64,000 bases of DNA from the NCBI GenBank assembly GCA_963805085.1, contig CAWDTA010000003.1, positions 32,001 through 96,000 on the forward strand, written 5' to 3'. The notes under the pieces were generated by a model. The model was not told where the DNA came from and made no database searches. It saw only the letters and a program-made list of their open reading frames with translations. Positions 9,429-20,166 of this stretch are shown piece by piece (position 1 is the stretch's first letter; each line of letters begins with the position of its first letter). This DNA is from an uncultured Veillonellaceae bacterium. GTDB lineage: Bacteria; Bacillota; Negativicutes; JARBTT01. Both the position numbers and the translations under genes were made by a program.

Positions 9429-10273
9429 TATAATTTTACCCCCAATCCTTGTAATATCATTTGCATACCAATGTACATCAGAATAGGGATAAATAATTTG
9501 CGAATCGTTTTGCTTTTCAACTTCTGCATAAGTCGTGCGCCAATGGTTGACCCTATTAGAACACCAAGTGCTACCGGAGCCGATATCACAGGGTCAATAT
9601 CTCCGCGATATAAGTAAATTGCAGCACTAGCGGCGCCAGTTACGCCCATCATAAAGTTGCTCGTTGCGCTTGATACTTTTAAAGGAAGTTTCATGAAAAT
9701 ATCCATTGCCATGACTTTGAAGCTCCCACTGCCAATTCCCAAAAGGCCAGAGATAACGCCAGCCCCATACATAACGCCAAAGCCACTGTATACATTGGCT
9801 GCTTTATAGGAAACCTGTTTTTTTAGTGCTTTATCATAGTATTCACCTTGGAGTTTAAGCGTTTTTGCCATCGGGTGCTCTGTCACCTCACCCGGTAATT
9901 CTTGTTTTACTTTCTTCAACATTAATATCGCCGAGTAGATTAAAAATACACCAAAAATAGAATATAATAAATTTGGTGCAATGATTCCACCGATAATGGC
10001 CCCCGTAATGGCACCAACCGTTGTGGCAATTTCCAAAAACATGCCAACGCGAATGTTGGTGATACCATCGCGAATATAAGCAATGGCTGCGCCACTTGAG
10101 GTGGCAATTACTGAAATCAGACTAGCCCCAATGGCATAGTGGATATCCACTCCAAACAAAAATGTTAAGGCAGGCGTCATAATGATTCCTCCGCCAAGTC
10201 CCAAGATAGCCCCCATAATTCCTGCTGAAATTGCAATGAGTAAGATCTTTAAAGCTACAATCTCCACATTCAA
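9428..10273 (-). CDS. TSUP (TauE/SafE) family transporter
   Basis: GAILGLGGGII, SGLLGIGSG, ATSNFMMGVT. Confidence 0.88.
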   Translation of the reverse strand: MNVEIVALKILLIAISAGIMGAILGLGGGIIMTPALTFLFGVDIHYAIGASLISVIATSSGAAIAYIRDGITNIRVGMFLEIATTVGAITGAIIGGIIAPNLLYSIFGVFLIYSAILMLKKVKQELPGEVTEHPMAKTLKLQGEYYDKALKKQVSYKAANVYSGFGVMYGAGVISGLLGIGSGSFKVMAMDIFMKLPLKVSSATSNFMMGVTGAASAAIYLYRGDIDPVISAPVALGVLIGSTIGARLMQKLKSKTIRKLFIPILMYIGMQMILQGLGVKL

Positions 10274-10459
10274 TCACTCCAATCTTTTTGTTTGTCAATA
10301 AAAGTTGGTAAAATACTAATTTTACCAATATAATAACATTTCTCTATGATATGTACTTTAATCCCATTCACAAGTATAATATAAAATATACAATCGTTCA
10401 ATATTTTTATTTACTTTTTTACAATGTAAAGTACAATTCTGAAAGGAAGAGCTATAACC

Positions 10460-10915
10460 ATGCAATTTAAAAATCTCGATGAAATCGATCGGCAAATTCT
10501 AAAACACTTATCCTCGAATGGACGGTTGAGCCATGCTGAGCTTGGACGGCTCGTGGGATTAACCCGCGCCGCTGTCCGTGAACGAGTTGGGCAACTTGTT
10601 GAGCACGGGATTATTAGTCATTTTACCATTGTTGTAAATCCATTAAAGGCAGGGAAGAATCTTTCAATTTTTTTTAACATTTGTGTAGAATGGTCTAAAA
10701 TTGATCAGATCGCACAAGAGCTTTTAGATTCTGAAGAAATCACCAATGTATATCAAATGAGTGGTAGGCCTCATTTACATGTGCATGCATTATTTGATGA
10801 TCAAGATCATGCGAGCTCTTACGTTCAGAAGTTACGAGATATTGATGGAATTTCCAGTGTTGAATCCGAATTTCTTATCACACGTTACAAAGAACGGGGT
10901 GCTTTACTGATTTGA
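10460..10915 (+). CDS. Lrp/AsnC-family regulator
   Basis: LDEIDRQIL...NGRLSHAELGRLVGLT HTH; divergent from the TSUP gene. Confidence 0.9.
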   Translation: MQFKNLDEIDRQILKHLSSNGRLSHAELGRLVGLTRAAVRERVGQLVEHGIISHFTIVVNPLKAGKNLSIFFNICVEWSKIDQIAQELLDSEEITNVYQMSGRPHLHVHALFDDQDHASSYVQKLRDIDGISSVESEFLITRYKERGALLI

Positions 10916-10997
10916 TACAAAACAAGCTTCAACTCTTACATCAGGCAGAGTTGAAGCTTGTTTTAGTTAGTAATATGATTTACTTAAAATATTATGT

Positions 10998-11029
10998 TTG
11001 ACTATAACATAGGTGTCATACTTTATAAT
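10998..11029 (+). promoter_or_regulatory. MerR-type long-spacer promoter
   Basis: TTGACT-20-TATAAT with dyad tataaca-tagg-tgtcata in the spacer. Confidence 0.65.
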
Positions 11030-11061
11030 GGAGAAGCATGGAGAGCAGGAAGGAGATTAAC

Positions 11062-11409
11062 GTGTTAATTAGAGAATTATCGCGCCATACTGGTGCAAGT
11101 ATAAGATCCATAAGATATTACGAGTCAAAAGGGTTAGTTTATGCTGAGCGTTTGGCAAATGGCTATCGCGATTATGACGATAGCGCAATTGCCAAAGTAA
11201 AGACAATTCAACTGTATCTTGGTTTAGGGCTTACGACTGATAATATTGTCCAAATTATCGATTGTCCGACTTTGCCACAAACGAATCAGCCATTGTGCAA
11301 GGAAGCTTATAAGTTGTATAAGGCTAAATTAGATGAAGTAAATGAGCAGATAGCAATACTACATACGATTCAATTGAAGTTACAAGAGAGACTTGGTGAG
11401 ATGGAATAG
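11062..11409 (+). CDS. MerR-family regulator
   Basis: IRELSRHTGASIRSIRYYESKGL...NGYRDY; GTG start after AGGAG. Confidence 0.9.
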   Translation: MLIRELSRHTGASIRSIRYYESKGLVYAERLANGYRDYDDSAIAKVKTIQLYLGLGLTTDNIVQIIDCPTLPQTNQPLCKEAYKLYKAKLDEVNEQIAILHTIQLKLQERLGEME

Positions 11410-11430
11410 ATAATAAGGAGGAATTTTGTT

Positions 11431-12216
11431 ATGGTTATTGATAGTCATGCCCACGTTATGCTTCCAGAGGAGCATCAACTAGAATTAATGAAAGAAGCTA
11501 AGGTTGATCGGACGATTCTTTTTTCTTCTACCATTCATCCAGAAACGGCAAATAGTATCGAAACATTTGAAACAGAACTGAATAAATTGTACGATATTTT
11601 AAATGGCATAAAAAATCCAGTAGAGGAAAGAATTCAGGCGATTGAGGAACTTGCCAAAGTAGTTAGGGACAATCCAGAAAAATATATTGGCTTTGGCGCT
11701 ATACCATTGGGGTTATCGTATGATGAAAACTTAGTTTGGATAGAAAAATATATTATAGCCAATAAATTTCGCGGGATAGGGGAATTGGCTCCAGGTTCGG
11801 GAAATGTATCTGAATTGGAAGCATTGTTTCGCGCTTCACAGGAAGTTGGCAATTTACCGCTATGGGTGCATACTTTTTTCCCGTTGAATTTTGCAGATAT
11901 CAAAGAATTGCTTAGCTTAGCAAAACAGTACGCGAGTGTGCCAACGATCATCGGGCATATGGGCGGAATGCATTGGCTAGATACCTTGAAAGCAGTTCGC
12001 GATCTACCCAATACCTATTTAGACTTATCGGCAACGTATACTACGATAGCCCCATTATTTGCCATAAAAGAATTTCCCGAGAGAACCTTTTTTAGTTCGG
12101 ACGCTCCTTATTGTTCACCTTTAGTAGCAAGAACAATCATCGAGCAACTCGTGAAAGATTCACATGTCTTACAGCAAGTTTTAGGTGGCAATATCGCTAG
12201 ACTTTTGAAGCTGTAA
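11431..12216 (+). CDS. Amidohydrolase-family (Amidohydro_2) protein
   Basis: IDSHAH, GIGE, GHMGG, FSSDAP, GGNIARLL. Confidence 0.85.
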   Translation: MVIDSHAHVMLPEEHQLELMKEAKVDRTILFSSTIHPETANSIETFETELNKLYDILNGIKNPVEERIQAIEELAKVVRDNPEKYIGFGAIPLGLSYDENLVWIEKYIIANKFRGIGELAPGSGNVSELEALFRASQEVGNLPLWVHTFFPLNFADIKELLSLAKQYASVPTIIGHMGGMHWLDTLKAVRDLPNTYLDLSATYTTIAPLFAIKEFPERTFFSSDAPYCSPLVARTIIEQLVKDSHVLQQVLGGNIARLLKL

Positions 12217-12331
12217 GATAGTTTTAAAACTGGGGTTAAAGTGTTAAAAAGTATTCAGATTGAAAGAGTGCTTATCATCACAAAAGTGCATTTTTAGCGC
12301 AATTATGTGTTTGTCTGAGCTCGAATGAGTC

Positions 12332-12384
12332 AATAAGAGGCCAGTATTTGTAGGAACAATTCCTACAAATACTGGCCTCTTATT
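12332..12384. repeat. Perfect 25-bp inverted repeat upstream of glpT (terminator and/or operator)
   Basis: aataagaggccagtatttgtaggaa-caa-ttcctacaaatactggcctcttatt. Confidence 0.85.
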
Positions 12385-12588
12385 CTTACAAAAAAGTCAG
12401 ATTCAGTCTGCTATTTTTACTTTTTTTTTAGTGAGATAATATTAATAGGATTTATTATATTATAAGGATTTTAGGAGGGGGAAGTTTATATTTATTAGCG
12501 AGGTATTAGGCGTAAATCCACGTAGTATTTAATGATAATGCTGCAACTACCGAATAGAAGAAATTAAAGAAATGGGGTACACAAATTT

Positions 12589-13935
12589 ATGGGAAGCCTT
12601 TGGAACTTTTTCAAAACTGGAGCAGACATAGCGTTACTTAATGATCCAGCTAAAATTAAATCTCTATTTAATAAAAGTCGATGGCAAGTGTTTGGTTCTA
12701 TTACATTTGGTTATGCTTTATTTTATGTATTGAGACTTAATTTTTCTGTGATTAAGAAACCACTGATGGCCAATGGTATATTGGATGCACAACAATTGGG
12801 GATTATGGGATCGGCTTTTTTTATCGCATATGGACTTGGTAAATTTACAAATAGTTTTCTAGCGGACAGAATGAATAATAAACGATTTTTTGCTTTTGGT
12901 CTATTTATGTCTTCTATTGTTAGTACGCTTATGGGCTTTTGTAATTCATTTACGCCACTTATCGTTTTATGGGCGATCAATGGCTGGTTTCAGTCTTTTG
13001 GTGCTGGGCCTTGTATTGTTGCTTTGAATCAATGGTTTACAAATAAAGAACGTGGTACCTATTATGGCGTTTGGTTTACAAGTCATAATCTTGGTGCTGC
13101 CTTTACGTATGTAGTGACAGCGGTAATTGTTGGTAGTTATAGTTGGCAGATGGGATTCATTATACCAGGGATCGTTTGCTTAATTGGTACAGCTCTTATC
13201 TTTTTCTGTATGCATGATCGTCCTGAAACGATGGGCTTGCCAAACGTAGAAGCTTATAAAGGTGAAGAGCAGATTGTTACTACTAAAAAAAGCTCTAAAT
13301 CTGTAGGTCAACTTCAATGGGAAGTTGTTAAAAATCCAGCAGTATGGATTCTTGGTTTAGCAAGTCTTAGCTGCTATATCACACGGTATGCAATTGAAAG
13401 TTGGGGCATTATTTACTTAACAGCGGAAAAAGGGTATTCAACTATGGGCGCCGGCAGTATACTTGGTGTAATGCAATTTGCTGGAATTTTTGGTGCTTTG
13501 ACTTGTGGTCTTGTATCGGACAAGTTTTTTAATCATAAACGCAACAAACCAGCACTGATGTATGGCGTTTTATATACGATATCTATTGCACTTTTCCTTT
13601 GGGCACCAGCGAGTACAGCAATGGATATGTTTAGTATGTGTTTATATGGTTTTACTATGGGTGCGCTTGTATGTTACTTAGGCGGACTTATGGCAGTTGA
13701 TATTTGTCCTAAACGTGCAACCGGTGCTGCGATGGGGATGATAGGCCTTTTAAGTTATGCGGGGGCAGCATTGCAAGAACTTATTAGTGGGTATCTTATC
13801 AATGCCAATATGACAATCGCTAACGGTCAAAAGGTTTATGATTTTACCCTTGCTGGTCAGTTTTGGGTAGGCGCAGCAGTCGTTTCTTGTTTATTGGCAA
13901 CATTAGTATGGAACGCAAAACCGAAAGAAGAATAA
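12589..13935 (+). CDS. glpT: Organophosphate:Pi antiporter (GlpT/UhpT family MFS)
   Basis: NGWFQS, WF...ERGT, SHNLG, DRPE..GLP, GAAMG..GL..Y; lies near glpABC. Confidence 0.8.
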   Translation: MGSLWNFFKTGADIALLNDPAKIKSLFNKSRWQVFGSITFGYALFYVLRLNFSVIKKPLMANGILDAQQLGIMGSAFFIAYGLGKFTNSFLADRMNNKRFFAFGLFMSSIVSTLMGFCNSFTPLIVLWAINGWFQSFGAGPCIVALNQWFTNKERGTYYGVWFTSHNLGAAFTYVVTAVIVGSYSWQMGFIIPGIVCLIGTALIFFCMHDRPETMGLPNVEAYKGEEQIVTTKKSSKSVGQLQWEVVKNPAVWILGLASLSCYITRYAIESWGIIYLTAEKGYSTMGAGSILGVMQFAGIFGALTCGLVSDKFFNHKRNKPALMYGVLYTISIALFLWAPASTAMDMFSMCLYGFTMGALVCYLGGLMAVDICPKRATGAAMGMIGLLSYAGAALQELISGYLINANMTIANGQKVYDFTLAGQFWVGAAVVSCLLATLVWNAKPKEE

Positions 13936-14161
13936 ATATATTTGTTATGTATCAAACAAATATATTTTGTGGCTAAAATAAAACTATGCTTTGTCTTTAC
14001 AATGAGTGAGATAGTTCTACTAAAGGAACTTTATCTCCTCATTGTTGTAGTTTAATTCAGAAGAAGACAAAGTGTGGCGGACATATCAAAGTTTCAGCGT
14101 TTAAGTACTTCTCGAAATTTCTAAGCGTTTTTCCTACTATATTATATAAGGAGATCCGATT

Positions 14162-15028
14162 ATGAATCTTAACCTTAATTGTATACTCTGTAATTTAAAG
14201 CAAGTCTTAACAGTAACAGATTTGGTCAAACTTGATTCTGTTAGCCGAGAAATAATTATGCGTGATGTTCTTGGATATTTACATGAAACTAATTTTAGAA
14301 GATCTAACCCTGAAGTTATAAAGGGTACGTGGGACATTATTACGAAGCATATAAAAAATACTAATCCTTACAGAGAAATAAAAAATTACTACAATCGTGA
14401 AATTATTAATATTGCTGACAAGGTAAGAAATATAATTAATGATTCGGACGATAAGTTCATGGCAGCCTTAAAAATTGCTATTACAGCGAACTTGATTGAC
14501 TTTGCTGCTAGTCATACTTTTGACGCAAAAATGCTGTTTGAAAAAATAAATTCTATTAATGAGCAAAATATGCCCATTGATGATAGTAAAAAATTATTCG
14601 AAAATTTAAAGAACGCAAAAACTTTGCTGTACTTGGGGGATAACTGCGGCGAAATTGTTCTTGATAAGATTTTTATCGAATACATACACAAAGTATTTCC
14701 GAATATTAAAGTTTATTTTGGTGTAAGAGGCGAGCCGATTGTTAATGACGTTACAATAGAAGATGCAGATATGGTGAAAATGGAAGAAGTGGCTGAAGTA
14801 ATTACTAATGGCGATGGTTCGCTTGGTACGGTAATTGAAAAAACGAGTTTAGTTTTTAAAGATGTATTTTATAAAGCTGACGTAATTATTGCTAAAGGTC
14901 AAGGAAACTATGAAAGCTTGAGCGAAATCAATCGCAGTCATATTTTCTTTCTTTTTATGGCAAAATGTAATGTTGTAGCAAGTTCATTGAACGTAGCTAA
15001 TCTATCAATAGTTTGTTGTGAGAATTAG
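14162..15028 (+). CDS. DUF89/ARMT1-like metal-dependent phosphatase
   Basis: CxxC N-terminus, ANLID, GDNCGE, PIVND, KGQGNYE. Confidence 0.88.
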   Translation: MNLNLNCILCNLKQVLTVTDLVKLDSVSREIIMRDVLGYLHETNFRRSNPEVIKGTWDIITKHIKNTNPYREIKNYYNREIINIADKVRNIINDSDDKFMAALKIAITANLIDFAASHTFDAKMLFEKINSINEQNMPIDDSKKLFENLKNAKTLLYLGDNCGEIVLDKIFIEYIHKVFPNIKVYFGVRGEPIVNDVTIEDADMVKMEEVAEVITNGDGSLGTVIEKTSLVFKDVFYKADVIIAKGQGNYESLSEINRSHIFFLFMAKCNVVASSLNVANLSIVCCEN

Positions 15029-15304
15029 ATAAGGCAATATTTATACTTACATAAAAACAGGGACAGGGGACTCAAATCCAAACACAGGAAGTGAGTCCAT
15101 GTCTCGTACATCTATTTCAACAATCCACAATTTTATTAAAAATGTTTTTCAACACATCCAGAGTATGCACTTAGCAATTTGAAAAAAGCAATCTGGTAAT
15201 ATGTCAAGCCCATAAAAAATAAATTTTGTAAGCAATCCGTAAAAAATGGGTGCACTAAACAAGCTTCTTCTTCAAAACAAAGAAAAAGTAAAATAATGGA
15301 ACTA

Positions 15305-16585
15305 TTAAATTTGGCTTACTCTACTTGGAGAGTAAAGCTGATGGTTGACCAGCAATCCAAAAATCAGCCGGATGAATTTACGAGCAGTAAGTGCGAGTGC
15401 GCGTTTGTGCTGATGAGTTTTAACTTCATCATACTTTTTCTGGTAAAAAGCTGCATATTCAGCTAAATGATTCTTTACATGGCTTGCAGCTTCAATTAAA
15501 TAGTATCTGAGATAAGTATTGCCAGCTTTTGAAAGGATGGTATCATCGGCTCTGAAATTGCCAGATTGGTTTTCACGCCAGACAAGACCAGCATATTTAG
15601 CAAGAGCTTCCTGAGACTTAAAGGCCTCAATAGAACCAATCTCAGCAATAATGCCAGCAGCATAAACCGGACCAATTCCAGGAATGGATAAAAGGCTTTG
15701 GTAAGCGTTAGGATCAAGTCCCCGAAGCGTTTTCTCAATAGCCTTATTGATAGCCTTCATTTCAGATTCATAGGCTGAAATAAGGTTAAATGATGAGGCG
15801 ATAGAGATAGTTAAAGGCTCGTATAAACATTTATCCAATCGGTAGGAATTGCGAGCGGCTTGCTGTAGTAAAGAAGCTGTGTGTTCAGGATTTGCAAAAC
15901 GATTTTTGCCTTTTTTACAAATGTGTTCAATTAGTGCTGCCATCGGCATGTTAGCGATATCTTCGGTAGAAAGAAAATCAGTTAAAACCGAAGAAGCGGC
16001 AGCGCCATAGTTATTAGAAAAGGGCTGCTTATCATCGTCGAGAATAGAAAACTCACTAAATTTAAGAAAGATGTTTGAAAGCATATAGGTTTTCTCACGA
16101 GTAAGAGAACGAGCTATATGTAATCGATGGCGAGTTAGACGCTGCAAAGCTAAAAATTGACTGCCGCGCCAAGGAGCAGAGGTAATTCTGCCAACTCTAG
16201 CAAAATCAGCGATAATAAAAGAATCAATTGCATCAGTTTTGCCTAGACCGATATAAGACTTTTTGTAATTGGCAACCATCTTGGGATTTATACAGTAAAC
16301 ATGAGTGTCAAATGGCATCAATAATTCACAGGAAGATAAGTAGTTAGCTATGTGAATACCATAGAAAGATGTAGATTCTAAGGCAACAACCAGCTTATTA
16401 AGATCATGATTTTCAGAAAAAAAATCATGAAACTTTTTAGCCATTTCAACTGCACCTGGTTGATTATTGGGCACAGTAAATCGCAACAGTTTTTGCTCTT
16501 CAAAATCAATAGCGCAAACGACATTTTCGCGGGAACTTATGTCAATTCCCACAAACAAAGTAGAAAGAAGATCCGCCTTCTTCAT
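15305..16585 (-). CDS. IS110-family transposase/recombinase
   Basis: DEDD RuvC-like residues GIDIS, LESTS, KTDAID; C-terminal SIPGIG and QSG serine. Confidence 0.95.
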   Translation of the reverse strand: MKKADLLSTLFVGIDISSRENVVCAIDFEEQKLLRFTVPNNQPGAVEMAKKFHDFFSENHDLNKLVVALESTSFYGIHIANYLSSCELLMPFDTHVYCINPKMVANYKKSYIGLGKTDAIDSFIIADFARVGRITSAPWRGSQFLALQRLTRHRLHIARSLTREKTYMLSNIFLKFSEFSILDDDKQPFSNNYGAAASSVLTDFLSTEDIANMPMAALIEHICKKGKNRFANPEHTASLLQQAARNSYRLDKCLYEPLTISIASSFNLISAYESEMKAINKAIEKTLRGLDPNAYQSLLSIPGIGPVYAAGIIAEIGSIEAFKSQEALAKYAGLVWRENQSGNFRADDTILSKAGNTYLRYYLIEAASHVKNHLAEYAAFYQKKYDEVKTHQHKRALALTARKFIRLIFGLLVNHQLYSPSRVSQI

Positions 16586-16649
16586 AGAAATGTCACCACC
16601 TTTCTGGCTGAGAATAAGAAAGATAGAAAAGGAATACCCTGATCTTATT

Positions 16650-16918
16650 CACTGACCGCAGCCTCGCATAATAAGCATTCATCTGTGAAAGTAAATTTGC
16701 TGGAAAGCTTTCGCCAAGAGACGCAACATCTGTGTAAGCGGTATTTGATGAATAAGGCAGGCGTCAAGCTTTAAAAGCAATAACCAAAAGGTTTCGCAAG
16801 GAGGATAAGACGTTACCTTTGCTAAAATCTCTTAGAAATATTTTAGCATCAAGGGATTCCTTTAAGCATTAAAAAATAAAAAATAAGTTTTGTAAACAAT
16901 GGCGGATTATTGTTTACA
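16650..16918 (-). ncRNA. Putative IS110 bridge RNA
   Basis: Structured non-coding left end. It has a match to the target flank (16798-16805) and a 12/13 complement of the donor right half (16663-16675). Ends are approximate. Confidence 0.6.
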
Positions 16919-16945
16919 AAACTTATTATACGAGGAGGAATTAAA

Positions 16946-19072
16946 TTGAACTTTTTTAAGAATCGTTTAAAAGTAGATGTTGGAGTGGATACCAACATGA
17001 AAACGGAGACGAAAAGTTTCTGGGGTATACGGAATCGACTAATTGTCATATTTTTGGCAATTACTTTTATTCCTTTGATCGTAGTGGGGTTTTTTATAGA
17101 TTGCAACATACGTAGCAGTGCGCAAGCAGATTTCACTACAGCGACTACGCGTGAGGTAACTCAAGTTGATAATGCAATTTCTATATTTTTTGACGGAATG
17201 AAGAAGAATACTAAAATGTTGGCTGAGAGTCCTAGCATCCGGCGGATGGATGGAAAGCTTACCTTATATATGGACAAGACTGGTGGGGCGGATGGCATGG
17301 CGCCAATGAAGCCTTTAGAAACAGGGGGATATGAAGCGAATCTTTATAGTACTTTCGGGCAGGTTATAAAGGCGCATCCGGAAGTATCTACAATTTCTTG
17401 GGGAACTTCGGACGGAGGATACCTTCAATATCCGGCTATACCACGAAAAGCTGGTTACGATTCTCGTGCTAGAGATTGGTATAAGGATACAATCAAGCAA
17501 CCGGATAAATTATTGTTAACCGATCCTTTTTTAACATCTAAAGGCATCCCTACAATCGGTGTTTTTACAACTGTTCGAAATCAAGACAATACGATTAAAG
17601 GTGTTTTGGGCTTTAATATTGATTTGCCTGTAATTACAGAAATGATAAACAATATGAAGATGGGAAAAACTGGGTATGTAATTCTTCTTGATTCCCATGA
17701 TACAATAATCGCCAATCCAAAGAAACCAGATATGAATTTCAAAAATATTAAAGAAATGCAGATTGATGCTTTTAATGATATCAATAGTCTTGCTGGAACG
17801 TCTGTCGAAGTAACAATTGATGGGGTAAAACACCTTGCAAATGTAGTGGTATCGCCAACTACGGGGTGGAAATACCTTTGTTTGGTCGATGAGAATGAGG
17901 TGTTTTCTCAGTCGATTAGACTTCGACAAGTGATAATGGTTGCCACGTTTATTACTATTCTCATTGTGTTAGTCATTGCATTTTTACTGTCAAATCGAAT
18001 TGCAAAACCGTTAGTTACAATGGTACAAGTTTGTGACGAACTTGCTGCCGGTGATTTTCGTGATAAACCACGTCAAATGCTGAGAAAAGATGAAATTGGT
18101 CAATTAGCCGATGCTCTAGTAAATATGCGGGGGAGTATTCGTACGGTTTTTAAGCAGGTCAATGAATCGGCTGAACAGGTGGCGGCATCTTCGGAGGAAC
18201 TAACTGCCGGGGCAGAGCAGTCGGCGCAAGCTATTAGTCAGATAGTCGGAGCAATTAGCGATGTGGCACACGGAGCAGAGCAGCAATTGAAAGCAGTAGA
18301 CGGAACATCGGCAGTGGTAGAACAGATGTCAGCTGGTATTCAGCAAGCCGCCGCTAGTGCTAACCAGGTAGCCGGTATTTCATCGCAAGCCGCAGAAAAG
18401 GCAAGAGACGGCGATATGGTGGTGGAGCAGGCTGTTAGTCAAATGGAACATACTGAACAAAATGTCAATAAATCTGCACAAGTCGTTGCTAAGTTGGGCG
18501 AAAGGTCTAAAGAAATCGGGCAGATTGTTGATACGATATCTGGAATCGCTGGGCAGACCAATCTACTGGCGCTTAATGCCGCGATTGAAGCTGCCAGAGC
18601 CGGAGAACAGGGAAAAGGATTCGCCGTTGTAGCGGAAGAAGTGCGCAAGTTGGCGGAACAGTCACAAGAGGCGGCAAAACAAATTGCTGCCATGATTAGT
18701 GAAATTCAGGGTGATACAGATAAAGCCGTTGTCGCCATGGACGAAGGTACCCGCGATGTCAAAGGTGGGACGGAGGTTGTCGTTAAAGCAGGTCAAGCAT
18801 TTAAGGAAATTAGGGTTTTGGTAACGGAAGTTTCAGGACAAGTGAAGGAAATCTCTGCTACTATGCAGCAAATGGCCAGCGGTAGTCAGCAAATCGTAGC
18901 AGCTGTGAAAGAAATTGATGGGCACAGTAAAATGTCGGTTGGAAAAGCCCAGGCAGTGTCGGCGGCTACAGAAGAACAATCGGCCTCCATGGAAGAAATT
19001 GCTTCATCCAGTCAGAGTCTTGCTAAGTTGGCACAGGATCTTCAAACAGCCGTCAGTCATTTCCGGGTTTAG
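16946..19072 (+). CDS. Methyl-accepting chemotaxis protein (dCache + HAMP)
   Basis: Two TM segments, YDSRARDWY cache motif, [38 protein letters not shown]; TTG start after AGGAGG. Confidence 0.95.
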   Translation: MNFFKNRLKVDVGVDTNMKTETKSFWGIRNRLIVIFLAITFIPLIVVGFFIDCNIRSSAQADFTTATTREVTQVDNAISIFFDGMKKNTKMLAESPSIRRMDGKLTLYMDKTGGADGMAPMKPLETGGYEANLYSTFGQVIKAHPEVSTISWGTSDGGYLQYPAIPRKAGYDSRARDWYKDTIKQPDKLLLTDPFLTSKGIPTIGVFTTVRNQDNTIKGVLGFNIDLPVITEMINNMKMGKTGYVILLDSHDTIIANPKKPDMNFKNIKEMQIDAFNDINSLAGTSVEVTIDGVKHLANVVVSPTTGWKYLCLVDENEVFSQSIRLRQVIMVATFITILIVLVIAFLLSNRIAKPLVTMVQVCDELAAGDFRDKPRQMLRKDEIGQLADALVNMRGSIRTVFKQVNESAEQVAASSEELTAGAEQSAQAISQIVGAISDVAHGAEQQLKAVDGTSAVVEQMSAGIQQAAASANQVAGISSQAAEKARDGDMVVEQAVSQMEHTEQNVNKSAQVVAKLGERSKEIGQIVDTISGIAGQTNLLALNAAIEAARAGEQGKGFAVVAEEVRKLAEQSQEAAKQIAAMISEIQGDTDKAVVAMDEGTRDVKGGTEVVVKAGQAFKEIRVLVTEVSGQVKEISATMQQMASGSQQIVAAVKEIDGHSKMSVGKAQAVSAATEEQSASMEEIASSSQSLAKLAQDLQTAVSHFRV

Positions 19073-19221
19073 TATTTGTGACATGCGGAGACGTCCCCTT
19101 TTTACAATTATTTTAGCAAAAAAATATACTTTTAGAAATGTTTTTTGTATACTGATGGTGTTTCTTAAATATAAAAAAGACGAATTAATAAAATGTTTTG
19201 CTAAAAATGGAAGGGGATTTT

Positions 19222-20166
19222 ATGAATATATTATTCAATCGTGTGGTAGGTGTTTTTGCTTTGGTATGTGTGTTGATAAGTACTATAGGTTGTAGTAAGT
19301 CAGCGGATTATATTGATTTTAATAAAACTCAAGCTGCAGTGCCGATGGATGAAAATCAAGAAAAAGAGCAGCGACCTTTGGTTATTGCGGTAGCCGCTGT
19401 AATTTCCCCAAAAGAAACCATTAATTGTTATAGACTTATAGCACAGCATATATCGGAAGCTACTGGACATTCAACCGTATTGATTCAGCGTAAAACTTAC
19501 GCTGAAATTAATATGCTGTTATCTAATGGCGAGGCAGATATGGCATTTCTATCTACAGGCTCTTATATTTCTTATCGGGGATTGAACGAAATTGAGCTAC
19601 TTGCTATGGCTGAACTTGGAAATGAGTCTCTATATAAAACGGATATTATTGTGAACAAAGACAGTGATATTTATAGTTTCGCTGATTTAGAAGGGCGGAC
19701 ATTTGCCTTTACAGATCCTTTGAGTTTTTCTGGACATATTGTCGTTGCAGATATTTTACATCAAGAGAATACTACTACTGAAAGATATTTTAAACGTTAT
19801 TTCTATACTTATAATCATGATAAATCTTTATGGGCTGTAGCAAATCACGTCGCTGATGCTGCTAGTATTGATAGTCAGATTTATGAATATGCCGAGATCC
19901 ATACGCCCGAGCTGACGGATCGTATTCGCATTATCGCTGCTTTAAATCCAGCACCAACAGGACCGGTAGTTGTACGTAAAAATCTGCCGACATCGCAAAA
20001 AGAGCAGCTTAGGCAAATGTTTCTACAAATGAATCGGGAACCAGAACTTGAAAAAGCAATGCAAAAATTGATGATTGATCGTTTTGTTTCTCCTCAGCCG
20101 GAATTGTATATTCCACTGAAGAAAATTTATGATCGGATTAGTATGGATTATGAAAATAATGTTTAA
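19222..20166 (+). CDS. PhnD-like phosphate/phosphonate-binding lipoprotein
   Basis: Lipobox-like STIGC; DLEGRTFAFTDPLSFSG; no ABC permease genes adjacent. Confidence 0.85.
   Translation: MNILFNRVVGVFALVCVLISTIGCSKSADYIDFNKTQAAVPMDENQEKEQRPLVIAVAAVISPKETINCYRLIAQHISEATGHSTVLIQRKTYAEINMLLSNGEADMAFLSTGSYISYRGLNEIELLAMAELGNESLYKTDIIVNKDSDIYSFADLEGRTFAFTDPLSFSGHIVVADILHQENTTTERYFKRYFYTYNHDKSLWAVANHVADAASIDSQIYEYAEIHTPELTDRIRIIAALNPAPTGPVVVRKNLPTSQKEQLRQMFLQMNREPELEKAMQKLMIDRFVSPQPELYIPLKKIYDRISMDYENNV

Larger units (their letters stand above)
15187..16934 (-). mobile_element. IS110-family insertion sequence, about 1.75 kb, bounded by a duplicated CT core (AG on + at 15187-88 and 16933-34)
   Basis: Contains an IS110 transposase. 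The right end carries an outward TTGACA (15207-15202) and the left end a TATAAT (16930-16925); joined at CT they are 17 nt apart. Confidence 0.8.

Noticed and set aside
15060-15108. REP-like GGGACAGGGG element
   Set aside because: Single degenerate copy, no associated RAYT gene; cannot be supported.
16910-16945. N-terminal extension of the MCP given by the ORF track
   Set aside because: Mostly lies inside the IS110 left end; the real start is likely TTG 16946 after AGGAGG.
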